Source: Octopus vulgaris
Taxonomy: Eukaryota
Assembly (NCBI GenBank): GCA_951406725.2
Contig: OX597819.1
Span: 31,248,001-31,312,000, forward strand
DNA: 64,000 bases
Direction of reading: 5' to 3'
The notes under the pieces: generated by a model
What the model was told of the DNA's origin: nothing
The model's input: only the letters and a program-made list of their open reading frames with translations
The model's database searches: none
Shown here: in pieces, positions 25,273 through 39,386 of the stretch
Layout of the letters: the number at the start of each line of letters is the position of its first letter
How positions within the stretch are numbered: position 1 is the stretch's first letter
Made by a program: the position numbers and the translations under genes

Positions 25273-26011
25273 AATTTTTTTTTAATTTGTTGTTTAGACT
25301 GAGGTCAGCTTTGATTGAACAAACCTATGATCAGAAGCATTGTATCTGTTCTCATCCTGTGTACTCTGGGGAATTAGTGACTATATTGTATCATATGGGG
25401 TTAATTTGGCTACTATTTCTTGTAGGTCAAGCGATCACATAGAAGCTCTCATTTTAGCTTTCTGCATCTGTATATATAAAATTGTTCAGCTTACTCTGTT
25501 TGACAATACTGCATTTTTTTCCCCCCAATCCTGCCTGGCATTATGCCATTCTGTGTAACTGCATATGTTGTTGAACCATCCTGTGATGAGATAACAGCCA
25601 ATAGACTTGCTACTAATATAGCTTCCTCTCTGACATTAGCTGAAGAACCTCAGTACAGCTGGTGGACTCCCTCGAAATTGTTCATTTTAATACTTTTTAC
25701 TTTTATAGTGCTAATGGGTGCTTCTTTAGCAAGAGGTCTACCACAATATCCTGTAGCTGATACAGCCGATGTTGTCAAATTACCTGATCTGGGTTAGGGT
25801 TAAGAATTACAGATTAGAGTTTCAGTTACTGTACACTAAAGAAGCACCACTGCATGTTGATGAGCATTTTGTGGGTTATAGAAACAAAAGTATCCTGAAG
25901 TTCTGTGATATTATATTTGGTTCTGTGGCCAGTCCACAATTTCTCTTTGTCAAATGATATTTATCAAACTTGAGTCTTTGATGCAGCTGAAAAATCTTCA
26001 ATATGGAGTTA

Positions 26012-27293
26012 TTCTTTTATTCTTTTACTTGTTTCCATCATTTGACTGCGGCCATGCTGGAGCACCGCCTTAAGTCAAGCAAATCTTTTCTTTGTAACAT
26101 TATTTACATTTGACAGATATTGCAATCAGACCTAGACACAATGCAGCAATGGATCACAGACTGGCAACTGAAACTGGCTGTGGACAAGTGTACCACCATG
26201 CATTTTGGGAGAAAAAACCCTGCGTCCACTTACTCCCTCCACAACACTGATATCAAGAAATCCTCTTGCGAGCATGACCTAGGCATCACTGTCAGCAGTG
26301 ATTTGCGTTGGACAAAGCATATCTCTAAAATTGTCAAGAAGGCCGAGGGTGTCTTGGCATCACTCAGCAAGACTTTTGTTAGCCGCTCTCCAGCCATCTA
26401 TTTAAAACTGTATACAGCTATGGTACGACCACACTTGGAATTCGCATCATCAGTTTGGAATCCCTATCTTGCTCAGAACATTGACCTCCTGGAATCTGTC
26501 CAGAGACGTGCAACCAAACGCATACCCTCCATCAGACACCTACCATATTCTGAGCGCCTTGTTTCCCTGGGCATGGATTCACTGAAGCTCCGGCGTCTGG
26601 CGACGGACTTGGTAAACACCCACAAGGTTATCAACCACCTCACCAACAACAACACTGAACACCTTTTTGATCTCCATGTGTCTAACACACGTGGACATGC
26701 CTACAAAGTCAGAAAACAGCACAGCTCCCATGACTTTCGGAAACATTTTTTCACGCTCAGGGTTGCTGAAGCGTGGAATAAACTGCCTGCATCAGTTGTT
26801 GACTGCCATGACACTGCATCCTTTAAGGCCCTCATGCTTCCCGAAATCCGTCGAAACTACACCTGATTATATATACACTTTAGATGAGTTGTAGTGCACC
26901 TGAGCACTGTACACAATTATTATTATTATTATTATTATTACATATTTCCTCATCTCTTAAATATAGAACTGTGTTATTCTTTGTAAGCCTAGCACTTATT
27001 CTATCTTCCTCTTTTGCCGAACCGCTAAGTTACGGGGATGTAAACACACCAGCATCGGTTGTCAAGTGATGTCGGTAGGGAGTGGACAAACACAGACACA
27101 CAAACATAGACACACACATACATATATACGACAGGCTTCTTTCAGTTTCCATCTACCAAAATCCACTCACTAGTCTTTGGTTGGCCCGAAGCTATAGTAG
27201 AAGACATTTGCCCAAGGTACCACACTGTGGGACTGAACCCGGAACCATGTGCTTGGTAAGCAAGTTCCATACCATACAGCCACTCCTGCGCCT
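26012..27293 (-). mobile_element. SINE family A split by a LINE-containing insertion (pieces 26012-26097 and 26974-27293)
   Basis: Tail and body are collinear across the insertion; TTCTTTGTAA is present at both junctions. Confidence 0.75.
26110..26940 (+). mobile_element. 5'-truncated CR1-clade LINE with an intact ORF2 C-terminus and (TTA)n tail
   Basis: 248-aa ORF: LQSDLD..WQLKLAVDKC..HDLGITVSSDLRW..LYTAMVRPHLEFASSVWNP..LESVQRRATK..NTRGH..FFTLRVAEAWNKLP; 3' UTR then (tta)n. Confidence 0.92.
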
Positions 27294-30200
27294 ATGTGTA
27301 AGGCAAGATGATGTTATTTTGCCATTGTTCCGCTGAAACACAAAAATGTTCTCAAGGAGGAATAAAACAGTTCACCATGAGGAAGAAAAGTAGTCTAATG
27401 TCTTAGACAAAACACATCACTGAAAAGAGATGAAATATTTTGTCATTTCATGTTTCCAACAAAAGATTTGGCTTAAAATGAAGGATTTCTTCCTCACATT
27501 CCACTTTACAAACTTTTCATACTTATTATTTGCCACATTGGTTTCCTTGGTGTCTACTGTTGCATTCTTTTAAGTAAAGTATTGTTCCTATCAAACTAGT
27601 TCACATTGTTAGTGATCTCAACAAAATATTTAAGAGAATGGTTTCTATTTTGTATCCTTAGCATAATTGTAACCAACCTCCATAGATTTATTATTGATCA
27701 GCTTTGTGGAATTATGTCTCTACCTACAGACTCACACTGTAAGATGGTATTTATAATTTCTTGTAATCAGGTTTCCATTTCCAGGCAAACATCTTTATAC
27801 TGCAGTTCTTCAGGTTATTTAAGATGAACTCCTTGTCTGATTGCTACTTGACTCCGCTCCATTCTTTGCTGTCTTGGCATCATTGAAGTAGTTTTTGTTT
27901 CTGGTGTAATTACTTCACTTGACAATAACCAGTCCCAATTGTCTTAGAGTGTCTGTATTAAGGACTACCAACATTCCAGTTACCATCCATTTCCTTCATG
28001 ACAACATATCCAATTACCCCTTTTTGCATGTGGCAATTGTTTTCTTCCTCAGACAGCTGGATATTTGCATTGTAAATATTCATTCTACTATAGGCACAAA
28101 GCTTGGAATTTTGGGTGAGTGAGCCTGTTGATTATATCAACCCTGGTGCCCAACAGGTACTTAATTGACCTTGAAAGGATGAAAGGCAAAGTTAACTTTG
28201 GTGGCATTTGAACTCAGAATGTAAAGCCTGAAAAAAATGCTACTCAGCAGTTTGTCCAGCATACTAATGACTCAGCCAGCTTACCACCTTAGTTACATCA
28301 TACATATGGACTATCACACAACAACTGGTTAGAAATTCCGTCTGTTTAATAACTGCTATATTCATCTGACTACTTGGTACTTCCACACAAATTTTCTAAC
28401 AAACTATCTTCATGTAATGTTTCTAACTTGTAGACTCAATCCATGCCCAACAGAATTTCCGTGGGCAAACTGAAAATCTGGTATAGCTTGCAAATGTACC
28501 ACAAATATATTATTAGCTATTAGTGCTAAGAACATTACTTATACCATTCCTGTTAAACATTACAACTGTACTAAGACGGTATCTGTTAATTCAATGTCAC
28601 TGTGATTCTCTTTGTCATACAATAATGCCATATCACAATTGAGGGCAGTATAACAAGGCACTCTGTTGGTTATGATGATGAGGAGGGTACCAGTTGATCT
28701 GATCAACGGAACAGTCTGCTTGTGAAACTAATGTGCAAGTGGCTGAGCACACTTACATGCGTACCTTTAACATTGAACTCGGGGAGATTCAGTGCAACTG
28801 AGAATATTTACAAGGCTGGCTCATTGAAATACAGGTACAACTCATTTTTGTCAGCTGAGTGAATTGGAGCAATGTGGAATATAGTGCTTTGCTCAAAGAC
28901 ACAAAGCACTGCTGGGAATCCAGGGCAATGTATTTTGGCAATGTCTCTCTTGGAAGATTGCCCAGTTGTTCATATACTCCGAAAATAAAGTCAACTAGAA
29001 ATGAAAAATGCTCAAGTTAGAGAATTTTGCAAAAGTCATGCTAAGATCGTAGTGATACTATAAATTTTGCTTATAGTATTGGCAATCTGAATTTCATTAG
29101 CATGGAATTTTGTCATTGAACAGGTCGCGGTCTCAAAGCAACGAAAATATTTTGGCAAATTAAATTTAAATGTTGAAGTGAATCTAACGGTTTTTGTGTG
29201 TTTCTTAAATGGCTTATAAACACCTTCCACGCTGCAATTGTTTTTGTTTCAGCACACGATCTCAGATCAGGTCACTTGCTATGCAGGTACATCTCCGTAA
29301 TTATTTTCAGTTTGCTGTTTAACACGATAGTTTATAATACCGGAGAATAAGTATAACATAATCCTCCAATCACCTTGAAATGAAAAATCTGCTTGCATCT
29401 TTTATATGTACAAATTATAATCCAGTGGTTCTTGTTTTCCACATCACTTGTATCCTCTTCAATTGACTTTTTTTCCTCAGTACAGTAGTATTTTCTTTGT
29501 CATCATCATTGTCATTGTTGTCATCATCATTCTTGCCATCGTTGTTGTCATCATCATCATCATCATGTAAAACCATTTAGACTTAATTATATTGGAGAAG
29601 TCTTATGATTACTAATTAAATTCATATGCATTATAATAATTTATTCTGATTCCTTTGGTAGATATTGTTCCTTCTACCAGCTTCTGATTGGTTAAATGTT
29701 ATTCTCTGTTTCTTTGTATGTTGCCCAACCATACATTTGAAACATTTTTGTTTACCAGACATCCTGTTCCATAGTTTAAAAAAAAAAATACCTATTTCAA
29801 TTGTTTATTTAGATTACAAATATGTATATTTAGCATGCATAACTAAATATAAATATATATATATTTGGAATCATATTCATATATATTTAATTTCACTGTC
29901 ATCACATGACCTTTTCAGTAACCTGGAATGATGATTGAAGCAGCAACTAGTTCCCTCATACTTTGAACTCATCAGAATTTACATAACTCTCTTTTCCAAG
30001 CTGCTCATTGTTAGTATGATATTTTCCTTCTGCCTCTTTATATACTCTTGAGCATCTACTTTGCTATACAAACATGAGTTTGAGGTTTCTGTGAATAGAG
30101 ATCTGTATCTATTTGTGAAACTGGTTAGCTGAATGCTTTTGCTTAGCATGCAATTGTAACGTCGTGGTATTACCTATCGGTCCCACTTATTGAAAATGCT

Positions 30201-30589
30201 AATATATTTTGCTTAATGAATCTATATAATGGTTGGCTACTTTATTTAACGATGCAGTATTGTTAGTCATTTACCTTAAATACTCAAGCACTCTCTTTAT
30301 TTGTTTACATAACTAGGACAAATTTTTACTATGAAGGTCAAATTTGCTTTTTGAAGCTTGTTGCATCAGATTTTTTCTCAGTGATAGTATTGTGAATTGG
30401 TTAATTTACCTGAATGACATATTTGCAGACCTATTAAAAACATGAGTCACTTATTTGTTTGGTTATTACTGGATAATTTAGAAATCACTCAAAGAATGTT
30501 CAAAATTGCATAAAATTGGAAAGATTTGAAATATATCATCACCATATAACATCTGTTTTTCATGCTAGCATGGGTTGGAAAAAGTAATA

Positions 30590-31860
30590 ATAATGATAAT
30601 CTTTTCTACTATAGGCACAAAGCAGGAAATTGTGGAGGAGTGGGCTAATTGATTACATTGACCCTAGTGCATAATTGGTACTTAATTTATTGACCCTGAA
30701 AGGATGAAAGGCGAAGTCGACCTTGGTGGAATTTGAACTCAGAATGCAGCAATGGGTGAAATACCACTAAGCATTTTGTCTAGTGTGCTAACGATTCTGC
30801 CAGCTTGCCACCTTAATAATAATAATAATAATAATAATAATCCTTTCTACTAAAGGCATAAGACCTAAAATTTGGTGGGTGCTTAATTGATCGACTCCAA
30901 AATGATGAAAGGCAAAGTCGACCTTGAAATTTGGGCTCACAATATAAAGATGGATGAAATACTGCTAAGCATTTCACATGGTTGCTAATGATTCTGGCAG
31001 TTCACTGCCTTAATAATAATAATAATAATAATAATTTTCTTATTGAAGTACAGGGTCAGCAATTTTGGGAGGAGGATGTTAGTCATTGGCCTTGGTACTT
31101 GACTGATTGTTCACTGTATTGAATTTGACAGGACAGACAATGAAATTGAATTCAAAAGATAAAAGCCAGAACAAATAATAATAATAATAATTATTTCTTT
31201 ATTGCCCACAAGGGGCTAAACATAGAGGGAACAAATAAGGACAGACAAGGGGATTAAAGTCGATTACATCAACCCCAGTGCGAAACTGGTACTTTATTTA
31301 TCGACCCCGAAAGGATGAAAGGCAAAGTCGACCTTGGCGGAATTTGAACTCACAACGTAACGACAGACGAAATACCGCTAAGCATTTCACCCGGCGCGCT
31401 AACGTTTCTGCCAGCTCGCCGCATTAATAGTAATAATAATAATAAAGGATGAAAAATTTTGCCCCTTTCATCCTTTCGAGGTTGATAAACTGAGTACTAG
31501 TTGAGGGCTGGGATTGATGTAATTGACTAGTCTCCACCCCTCAAATTACTGATCTTGTGCTAAACTTTGAAACCAATATTCAGTACAACATGGAACAAAT
31601 AAGAATATTGGAATAAATACATCTAGTTCTTGGTTCTGTGTTCAAACCATACTATGGTTAACTTTTGTCTTTTATTCATCCAAGGTCAATAAAATAATTA
31701 CAATATTAGTTTCAAATTTTGGCACAAGGCCAGCAATTTTGGGAAGGGATTATGTTGATTATATCAATCCCCCAATGCTTAACTGGTACTTATTTTATTG
31801 ACCCCCAAAAGGATGCAAGGCAAAGTTGACCTTGGCGGAACTTGAAAATAATTACAATAT
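30590..31860. mobile_element. Cluster of SINE family B copies (young minus copy at 31190-31422)
   Basis: At least six full or partial units separated by (TAA)n. Confidence 0.75.
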
Positions 31861-32837
31861 TGACAATACATGTGTCTTCTGTGGTTACTTGATTCAAATT
31901 CATAATAATTCATGTTCATACCATTTCTCTCATAGTCTGTCAAGATCTTTTTTTTTTGTTTTCTCAGTACTACACAATACATTAGTAATTATTAACAGTA
32001 GGTACTATGGACATAAAAATGTGTTTGATAATGGTGATTATGATGAATTTTTATAGGCCACGATTAATATATTGAACATCATAGATCACAAAGTATCAGA
32101 TGTTTGTACACTTCAAAATAGAATATAATCATCAATGAAAGACAGATTAGATTACAGGAAGAAATGTTTGAATGATAGCAATGGAAGGAATAACTACATG
32201 TAGAAAAAACAAAACAAACAAACAAAAAAGTTTGTTGAAAGATATAATGACAAGATTGATAGAGAAAAAAAGAATAAAGATGAATTCCACCATTTTGTTC
32301 TAACATATACATGTCTACACACATGCACTCGCTGTCAGTCTGTTTGTCTGTCTGTCTGTCTTTCATGCACACATACATACACATTGTTAATAGTACTCTT
32401 TGATTGTTTACATAAGAGTAGATTATTCAATGTATTAGAACAAGATTCCAATCATTGAATCAATCGAGAAAGAGGGAGGGAGGGAGAGAGAGAGAGAGAG
32501 AAAGCAGATGCGTCAGGTTGTTAGGGTAGTGGACAATCTGCGTAATAGGTAGTGGACAATCTGCCTGTTAGGGTATTGGACAACCAGTCAAAAGGTTTGT
32601 AATTTCTATACTGGCAAAAGTGTTGGTGATGGGGTAGATTTTTATCTCTCATATAAAAAAAGACTGAAATTGTGTGAACAGTTGAGAAATAAAACACAGG
32701 TTAGTTATTTCTATAACTCCATCATCCTTTCTTGTTCTCTTTTGGTAGTAGGATGAATTCAAAGTTTGTTGGAAACTGAGGTGTTTTATAATATGGGAGC
32801 AGAGGTACTTAGCTTATTGTTTAGGGTGTTGAACTAA

Positions 32838-33210
32838 TCATCATCATCATCATCGTTTAACATTGGCTTTCCATGCTGGCATGGGTTGCACGGTTTGACT
32901 GAGGGCTAGCAAGCCAGAAGGCTGCACCAGGCTCCAATCTAATCCGGCAAAGTTTCTACAGCTGGATGCCCTTCCTAATGCCAGCCACTCCGAAACTGTA
33001 GAGGGTGCTTTTTACATGCCACCGGCATGAGGGCCAGTCAGATGGTGCATCAACCACGTTTGAATGGTGCTTTTTACATGCCACCAGCACAGGAGCCAGT
33101 CAGGTGGCACTGTCAACGACCATGCTCAAATGGTGCTTTTTATGTGCCACTGGCATCAACCACACTTGAATGGTGCTTTTTACGTGCCATCGGCATGGGA
33201 CCAGTCAGGC
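32838..33210 (-). mobile_element. RTE-type 3' UTR copy
   Basis: Same family, with three internal tandem units. Confidence 0.7.
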
Positions 33211-33524
33211 GATAATTGTAAAATTGTGGTTTCAATCCCTGGACTGGGCAATGCATTGTCTTCTTGAGCAAAACACTTCATTTCATGTTCTAGTCCATTC
33301 AGCTTGCAAAAATTAGTAATATGGTAAAGTCACAAGAGGCCTGACAAGCTAGCCATAGATGGGGGACCAACCTAAAAAACAAAGGGGAACTTGTAGACTG
33401 ATGGGCCAGAGGCTTACCTTGTGGTTGGGTACTACTTTTTTTAGCCTGTTATTTGGAAAGTTAAGGCACCACTCATTAAAGACATTGTCATCATTTATTA
33501 TCATTATAATCATTTTACATCCAC

Positions 33525-33760
33525 GTGCTGGTGCCACATAAGAGCACCTGTACTGGTGCTAGGTAAAAAGCACCCATGCTAAGGACTCAATACACTCTGT
33601 AAAGTGGTTGGCATTATGAAGAGCATTCAGCTGAAGAAACTGTGCCAAAACAGAGAATTGGAGCTTGGGCAATTCTCTGGCTGGCCAGCTCCCATCAAAA
33701 CTGTCCAGCCCATGCAAGCATGGAAAATGGACATTACATGATGATGATGATGATGATGAT
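33525..33760 (+). mobile_element. RTE-type 3' UTR copy (older)
   Basis: Same family; (GAT)n tail. Confidence 0.6.
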
Positions 33761-34289
33761 TTTCCTGGTTGGCATGGATTGGACAGGTTTTTTTTTGTTT
33801 TACATTTGGATGCTCTTCTTGTTGTCATCTTTTGTTCTCTTTTAGTCATTTTTTATAGCACACAAGGATGTGGTGTACTTATTCTGAAACTGAGACTTTC
33901 ATAGCATATCTCAATACAGTCAGCTTGTTGGCCTTTGCACTTCTTAGCTATGCTTATAGAAGTAATGCTAAATAACAATGCACTGATAAGTTATTTAATA
34001 AAGTGTCTACCACATTTTCTGGCATACATTTTGATGTAGTATGAAGTATAAACATCATCATCATATTTCCAAATCCTGCTGCACTTCATATGGAAATTTT
34101 GGTCATCCAAATCTATCTTAGTGTACAAGTCAACCTACCTTTTTTGAAGGGTGTAAATTTTGGTCTGAAAAATTTGAGTTGTATACAGGAAAATACAGTA
34201 TTTATACTGGGCTATTGAAAGTGAATTGTGTTTTCTATGGACATAACGTTGGATTGTGATAGTAAAAACTGGACTAGAGGCAGATAAAA

Positions 34290-34799
34290 CTGTATAGTGA
34301 TGTCAGAGTTATCCATTTTTGGTGGTAACATTGGTTTAATGACAAACTATAGTTTAGTCGGTATGAGAGACAGAGGGTTTATCATATCGTTCACAACAAT
34401 GAGAAAATAGAAATTCATGTGATGCTTATAATAAGCTATAACTTTTATTACTGGAGGTAATGCGTTAACATACAAGGTTAATTGAAGGAAAGCTTATAAC
34501 ATTACATGAATATGTATTGTTTGCAGTCACACGTCTCCAAGTAAGTAAGGCGAGTGTGTGCACAAGTGGGTGTAAAGTTCTGTGGCTTGACCCAATGCCA
34601 GCCTAAGGCTAGGCAGACATGGAGTGGTGCAAATTTAGAATTTCTTTCCTTTATATAAGGGATGGCCCGGAAGTCCCCAACTTCCACGTAAACCGGAAGC
34701 TTCCAGAAAGGTCTCGAACATTCTAGAAGCTCAAGGGAGATTACTTGTTGAATCCCTTTTCTGTTTTGCTTCCCGTTGTAGCCACCAGGGGTCTCTACA
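34290..34799 (-). mobile_element. Probable solo LTR (minus orientation); left boundary uncertain
   Basis: Minus strand begins TGTAGAG, then an HSE array, TATATAA (~34650-34657) and AATAAA (~34444-34449) in U3-R-U5 order; no clear TSD. Confidence 0.5.
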
Positions 34800-36672
34800 A
34801 CTGCCTCTAGTCTATTTTTATAATATTAATATGATATTAAATATTAGCTCTATAATGTCTAAACTGTAATTTTGCAGGAAAAAATATAACATTTATTAAT
34901 ATTTTTCAACTTATTTAGTGGTTAGGAGTATGTTTGAGGTCAGAATTATAATTTTCTAACTTACATGAATATATAAATTACAAAAAAATACCATGTGTAT
35001 TTATATATATTTGCTTACATGCAATATTATTCAAGTATAAAAAATCCTTAGAGCTTGTCTAAGTTTTCTATTGTGTTATTTCTTCCCATAAAATCCTAGT
35101 GTTGAAACATCAATAATTATTACCAACAGGTGTGATAGAAATAAGATATGTTTGATAATGATAATCAGGATAATGATAATAAGTTATTGTGTTTTGGTTT
35201 ATATATTGACCTTGACAGAACTCAAAGTATCAGAAATTTCTACTCTCTAGTGTAGACTGTAATCATCAATGAAGGACAGATTACATTGCCTGAAGGAATG
35301 TTGAGTGATAGCAGTGGAAGGAATAATGCAGAAAAAATAAGACAGTTTGTAAAAAGATTGATAAAGAAAAAATGGAATACAGATGAATTTCTGTTGTTGA
35401 AACATATACATATGTACACACCTGTTCTCTCTCTCTCTCTCTCTCTCTCCTATATAGGTTAAAGTATGTTAAAGTACTAGGTTTGGAACAAGTCCAAACT
35501 CTGCCATTAACCATTACTCTATTTATCTCAGTTTGACTAGCAAGCATGGTTGTAACGAAGTGGTTTTGAGTTCAAATCTACTGTGTGGTATCTTGGAGAA
35601 ACTCTCTTCTAACCATGGCCTAGGATGGACTAAAGTCTTTCGTGTGAAATTTGGTGGATGGAAACTGTGTGGAAGCCTGCTGAAAGGACTATTCATGTTG
35701 AGTGGTGAACTTAATCCACTATCTAAACCTGTCATGCCAACCATAGATATCTTTACTGGAGTTTACTCTGGGCCATGTCTTTGGCTTGAGGATAAATATC
35801 TTCATTCCTCCCACCAGCCATGGAAGCTCAGATAAGGGCACATATCCTTCCTCTACTAACTGTATTATATGTAAACAAAATATTGGCAAATACAAAATTA
35901 GTTTTCACAGTAGAAATCTTTGTTTTTTCACTGGTAACATTTATGTGTGTGAGGGTGTATGGCCTAGTAGTTAGAGTGTTGAACTCATGATCACTAGATT
36001 GTGATTTCAGTTCCTAGACAGGGAGGTGTGTTTTGCTCTTGAGCAAAATATTTCATCTCACATTGCTTTGCAATCACTTCAACATCTGATGCACCTGAAG
36101 CCATCAAGAAGCCATTTCCCCCAGGTGCTGGGCATTGGGATTGAACCCTAAACCACATTCATTCATCCATCCATTCTGTTCCCTCATCTGTGGCTGCAGT
36201 AGATCCAATTTTCATCCATCGTCACACACCCAACCCATATAAAATCTGCTCCCAGCTGATGATGATGCTGAGAAGAATCATGTGCAAGAAGATGGCTGAG
36301 GAAGACATGGGAAAAATTGGTGAAAGCTGAACCTCACGAGAAATTTGATAAGAGACTACAACAAGTGGCAAGGTGCCATGCTGGAAAAAAACCAGTTGGA
36401 GTACTTTTATTGGTATTATTTGTCATTGTCAGTTTTTTGACATCACCTCTGTGTGTTTGCATGACAGATGCACATTCCTTCACATATTTTTAATTGTTAA
36501 TAACAAGATATATGTATCTGTGGTGGATCTATGTATGCTTCCTTCTCCTTATATCCTCAATTCTTAGTAGGATAATTCTTTCATTGATTGGAAGTAACTA
36601 ACAGGAAGCTAAGAATCCTTGCTGCAGGCTCACTCCCATTTGTCATTAAATAGTTCTTTGTCTAATCATTAA

Positions 36673-37236
36673 TCTATATATATAAAACTGTAGTTGTGTG
36701 AGTGTCTGTCCCCTTCGATTTAGATTCCTAACTACTCCCACATTTTGCGGTGCAGTTTAACCAAATTCGGGTATCTTATAGTCGTGATTCATATCGAGCC
36801 CGTCTGGGTATTAGCACGCATCTACGATGAGTCTACGATTTTAAAAATAATTTAACATCATTTTTTTATTCCATTTTAATGCATATTTTTTCGTGTGTCG
36901 ATGGCGGCGGAGTTGGCGTCCATGGTCACACCTGCACCTGTTTGCTTCTCCCCCCTTCTTCCCTCCCTCGTGAAGCTGTGGGGAAGGGAGTGTAAGGAAA
37001 TCAACGTTGTAAAGCGTTGTCAAGGAGACCAGCGTTATTTTAGAACGACTTCATGGCTTGAAGACACCAAAACAGAAAATGTCTACGATGAGTCAACGAT
37101 TTAAAAAAAAAATTTACCATAATTTTTTTTCCATTTTTAATGCATTTTTTTTCCCATTTTTTGGTTATAACTCTCTAAAAATACTTATATAGTTATTTCC
37201 CTTACAAACCTGAGCAACGCCGGGTGATACTGCTAG
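36673..37236 (+). mobile_element. Non-autonomous Helitron family H
   Basis: A|TCTATATATATAAAACTG..CCTGAGCAACGCCGGG hairpin..CTAG|T. Confidence 0.85.
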
Positions 37237-38529
37237 TAATAAATAAATGTTTGGACAGCTGCCGAGTTTACCTCAAAATCAGATGCAACTGTCTTAAATG
37301 GCAAGGAGACTTTGGATAATGTCTCAGATTACAGTATATCAGTAAAAAAGAAGAAAAAAAATTAAATGCCTTTGGTGTAGCCTGACCTGAGGATAAACAA
37401 ATATTTGAACTTCTTCTCTATCTACTCTGCTGTTAAAACAACAGCTACTGTAGGGCTCTATTGTCTTTTGACAGTGAGGTGAATTGAGAAAGCCTCTATA
37501 TGGTTAATTGACTTGTAAAGAATATCTCTGTTTCAGGTGTGCGTGTGTGTGTGTGTGTGTAGTTGTTGCAGGACAATTCTTGGATACCTTTCTACAGGAA
37601 GACCTTTCTTCTAGAATCATTAGATTTTGGAAGCGTCTGCTCTAAATCAATGATGAGAATTTTTTTTTTTTTATTAATTATGCAATTGATTTTATTATTT
37701 AAAATTGTACAAAGATTTCTCTCATGGATTTTGAACTTGATATTTCCTTTCTGTCTGTCTGTGCCTGTCACTTCACCGCTGCCATATTCATGAAAATATG
37801 TCTGTGTCAATACATTTCTTTCATCACTGTTTCTAAGATGATGCGTATTGGAATCAGTTACACAAGCTATTTGTCCTATTTGTCTGCTGCTGTTTACTAA
37901 ATATTAAGTTACAACAAAGTTATATGGATAAATATAGAGTGAGTAGTAAAGGTTTCATCCAGCAGCTGATATGAGTGCATGTTTGGCTGAGTGGTTAAGA
38001 AATATACTTTGCAACTGTGTGGTTTCTGGTTCAATCTCAGTGTGTGATGCTTTAGGCAAGTATCTTTTTTCTATAGACTTCAGGAGGTTCTTGAAGACTT
38101 GTCAGTGAAATTTGATAGATAGAAACTGTGAAATCTTCTTTGAAGGACACTTCATGTTTTTGAATGGTAGATTTTTTTTTCTTTCACCTGGTTTAGCACT
38201 AACTTCTGGTGCCTGGGTGTCTTTAGTTGAGCCCATTCTATTATAAGCATTGAGGCTAGAACTCTCCTCAGAAGATAATGTTAATATTTTCCTGTCTTGG
38301 TGGTTTTGACAGAATCAGGGGTGGGGTGTTGCCCTTCTGGTTGCTAAGCGATAATATCATCATCATTTTACAACTGCTCTCCAGATGCTGAATGGCCTGC
38401 CATGGTTGAAACCAAGACATTTTTGAAGAGTACTGCCAACCTAGAACCTAGAGGACACACACACACACATACACATACACACACAACCTAATATAAATTC
38501 ATAGAAATTAGAATAAATACATCATTATT

Positions 38530-39003
38530 GTTATATGTGTGTTTGTGTGTGTGTATGTATATATATGTGGATATGTATATATATATGTGGATATGTATAT
38601 ATATATATGTAAATGCATGTGTATATATATGTATGTATGTGTATATATATATGTGTGTGTATATATATGTGTGGATATATGTATATATTTATATGTATAT
38701 ATATGTGTATATATCTGTATGTGTGTGTATGTATATATATATGTGTGTGTGTATGTATATATATATGTGTGTGTGTGTATGTATATATATATATATATGT
38801 GTGTGTGTATGTATATATATATATATGTGTGTGTGTATGTATATATATATATATATGTGTGTGTATGTATATATATATATATGTGTGTGTATGTATATAT
38901 ATATATATATGTGTGTGTGTGTATATGTGTGTGTGTATGTATATATATATATATGTGTGTGTGTATATATATGTGTGTATATATGTATATATTTATATGT
39001 GTA

Positions 39004-39058
<55 letters not shown>

Positions 39059-39115
39059 ATATATATGTGTGTGTGTATATATATGTGTGTATATATGTAT
39101 ATATTTATATGTGTA

Positions 39116-39166
<51 letters not shown>

Positions 39167-39246
39167 ATATGTATGTGTGTGTGTATATGTATGTGTGTGT
39201 GTATATATATGTGTGTATATATGTATATATTTATATGTGTATATAT

Positions 39247-39284
<38 letters not shown>

Positions 39285-39323
39285 ATATATATGTGTGTAT
39301 ATATGTATATATTTATATGTGTA

Positions 39324-39385
<62 letters not shown>
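38530..39385. repeat. Compound (TA)/(TG) microsatellite
   Basis: Seen directly; source of the spurious Y/I/V/C ORFs. Confidence 0.97.

Positions 39386-39386
<1 letters not shown>

Noticed and set aside
25543-25797. 84-aa ORF with a hydrophobic stretch
   Set aside because: No recognisable family, splice signals or promoter; consistent with chance
3586-36263. Other CTGAnGA heptamers (e.g. 3586, 11417, 11470, 14544, 25640, 36257)
   Set aside because: No paired helix II with GAAA and no helix I; not hammerheads
36255-36372. Purine-rich exon-like segment
   Set aside because: Reads like the RGR.RKTW motif at the end of RTE ORFs; a retroelement relic
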